Source: Pseudovirgaria hyperparasitica
Lineage: Eukaryota
DNA length: 64,000 nucleotides
Assembly (NCBI GenBank): GCA_010093815.1
Contig: ML996568.1
Strand: one strand, 5' to 3'
Positions 63,444 through 64,000 of the stretch are shown here, piece by piece; position 1 is the stretch's first letter; each line of letters begins with the position of its first letter. Both the position numbers and the translations under genes were made by a program. The notes under the pieces are model-generated. The model was given only the letters and a program-made list of their open reading frames with translations. It made no database searches and had not been told where the DNA came from.

Positions 63444-64000
63444 ATGGCTTCTGTAAGCAGATTTCCTCGTCGCAATCATCGAAGCTATTGTGGCTCATTT
63501 ATACTCACAGGCACCCACTCAGCCACGCCCGTACAATCAAGCAGCTTACGGGCTACCAAATGGCGGCCTTCAAAGCTCTGCGGTGCCCGGCGCAACTCCT
63601 CTACTGCCAAACCAAGGCCGTGTGATACAGCAAGGCAGCAAAAGGGTACTCTGCATCGCAGATGTTCGAGGTGGCTCAACACGACTTGTTATGAATTGCA
63701 TTCTGCTAACATCGATACAAGGTAACTTGCGATCATTGAATGACCTAGCGAACGAGGCACGCGCCGACTATATTATTCACACCGGCGACTTTGGATTCTA
63801 TGATGACCGTTCGTTAGAACGTATTGCCGAAAAGTAAGTAAATATGTGCCTGCTCGCATATATTCTCTCAAATGTAGATGAACTTGTCTGATTTCTCCAG
63901 GACATTGAAACATGTCGCCCAATACTCTCCATTATTGGCCGAGACCACCAAACGTGCTATCGCGCAAGCTCCATCGACGCCCTCGATAAAAGAGCGCTTC
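63444..64000 (+). CDS. Calcineurin-like metallophosphoesterase-fold protein (DUF2433-type), 5' part, runs off the window
   Basis: 9-nt first exon ATGGCTTCT, then RVLCIADVRG|NLRSLN...IIHTGDFGFYD...|TLKHVAQYSPLL. Confidence 0.75.

Overview
Gene-dense, intron-rich chromosomal DNA from a filamentous ascomycete (Pezizomycotina; Dothideomycetes is my inference from protein style). It holds about 22 supportable protein-coding genes. Housekeeping and metabolic genes: BYE1, a ZNF830-like protein, branched-chain keto-acid dehydrogenase E1-beta, MAM3/CNNM, a P450, an old yellow enzyme, YSC84/LSB3, an SDR, LAMTOR1/Ego1-like, MED13, ENP2, Ppc89-like, KAP123 and a partial metallophosphoesterase-fold gene. 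Accessory-type genes: a PD-(D/E)XK-like protein, a PTH11-like receptor, a small secreted Cys-rich protein and several orphans. Non-coding features include a tRNA-Lys(CTT) with a swapped A54/U58 T-loop and a box C/D snoRNA in a KAP123 intron whose guide matches the 25S rRNA Am2946 site (snR71-like). A palindromic GCCTSAGGC motif or close variant recurs in divergent promoters. I found no intact transposon, CRISPR array or secondary-metabolite backbone gene. All splice sites were read by eye and no database searches were run.
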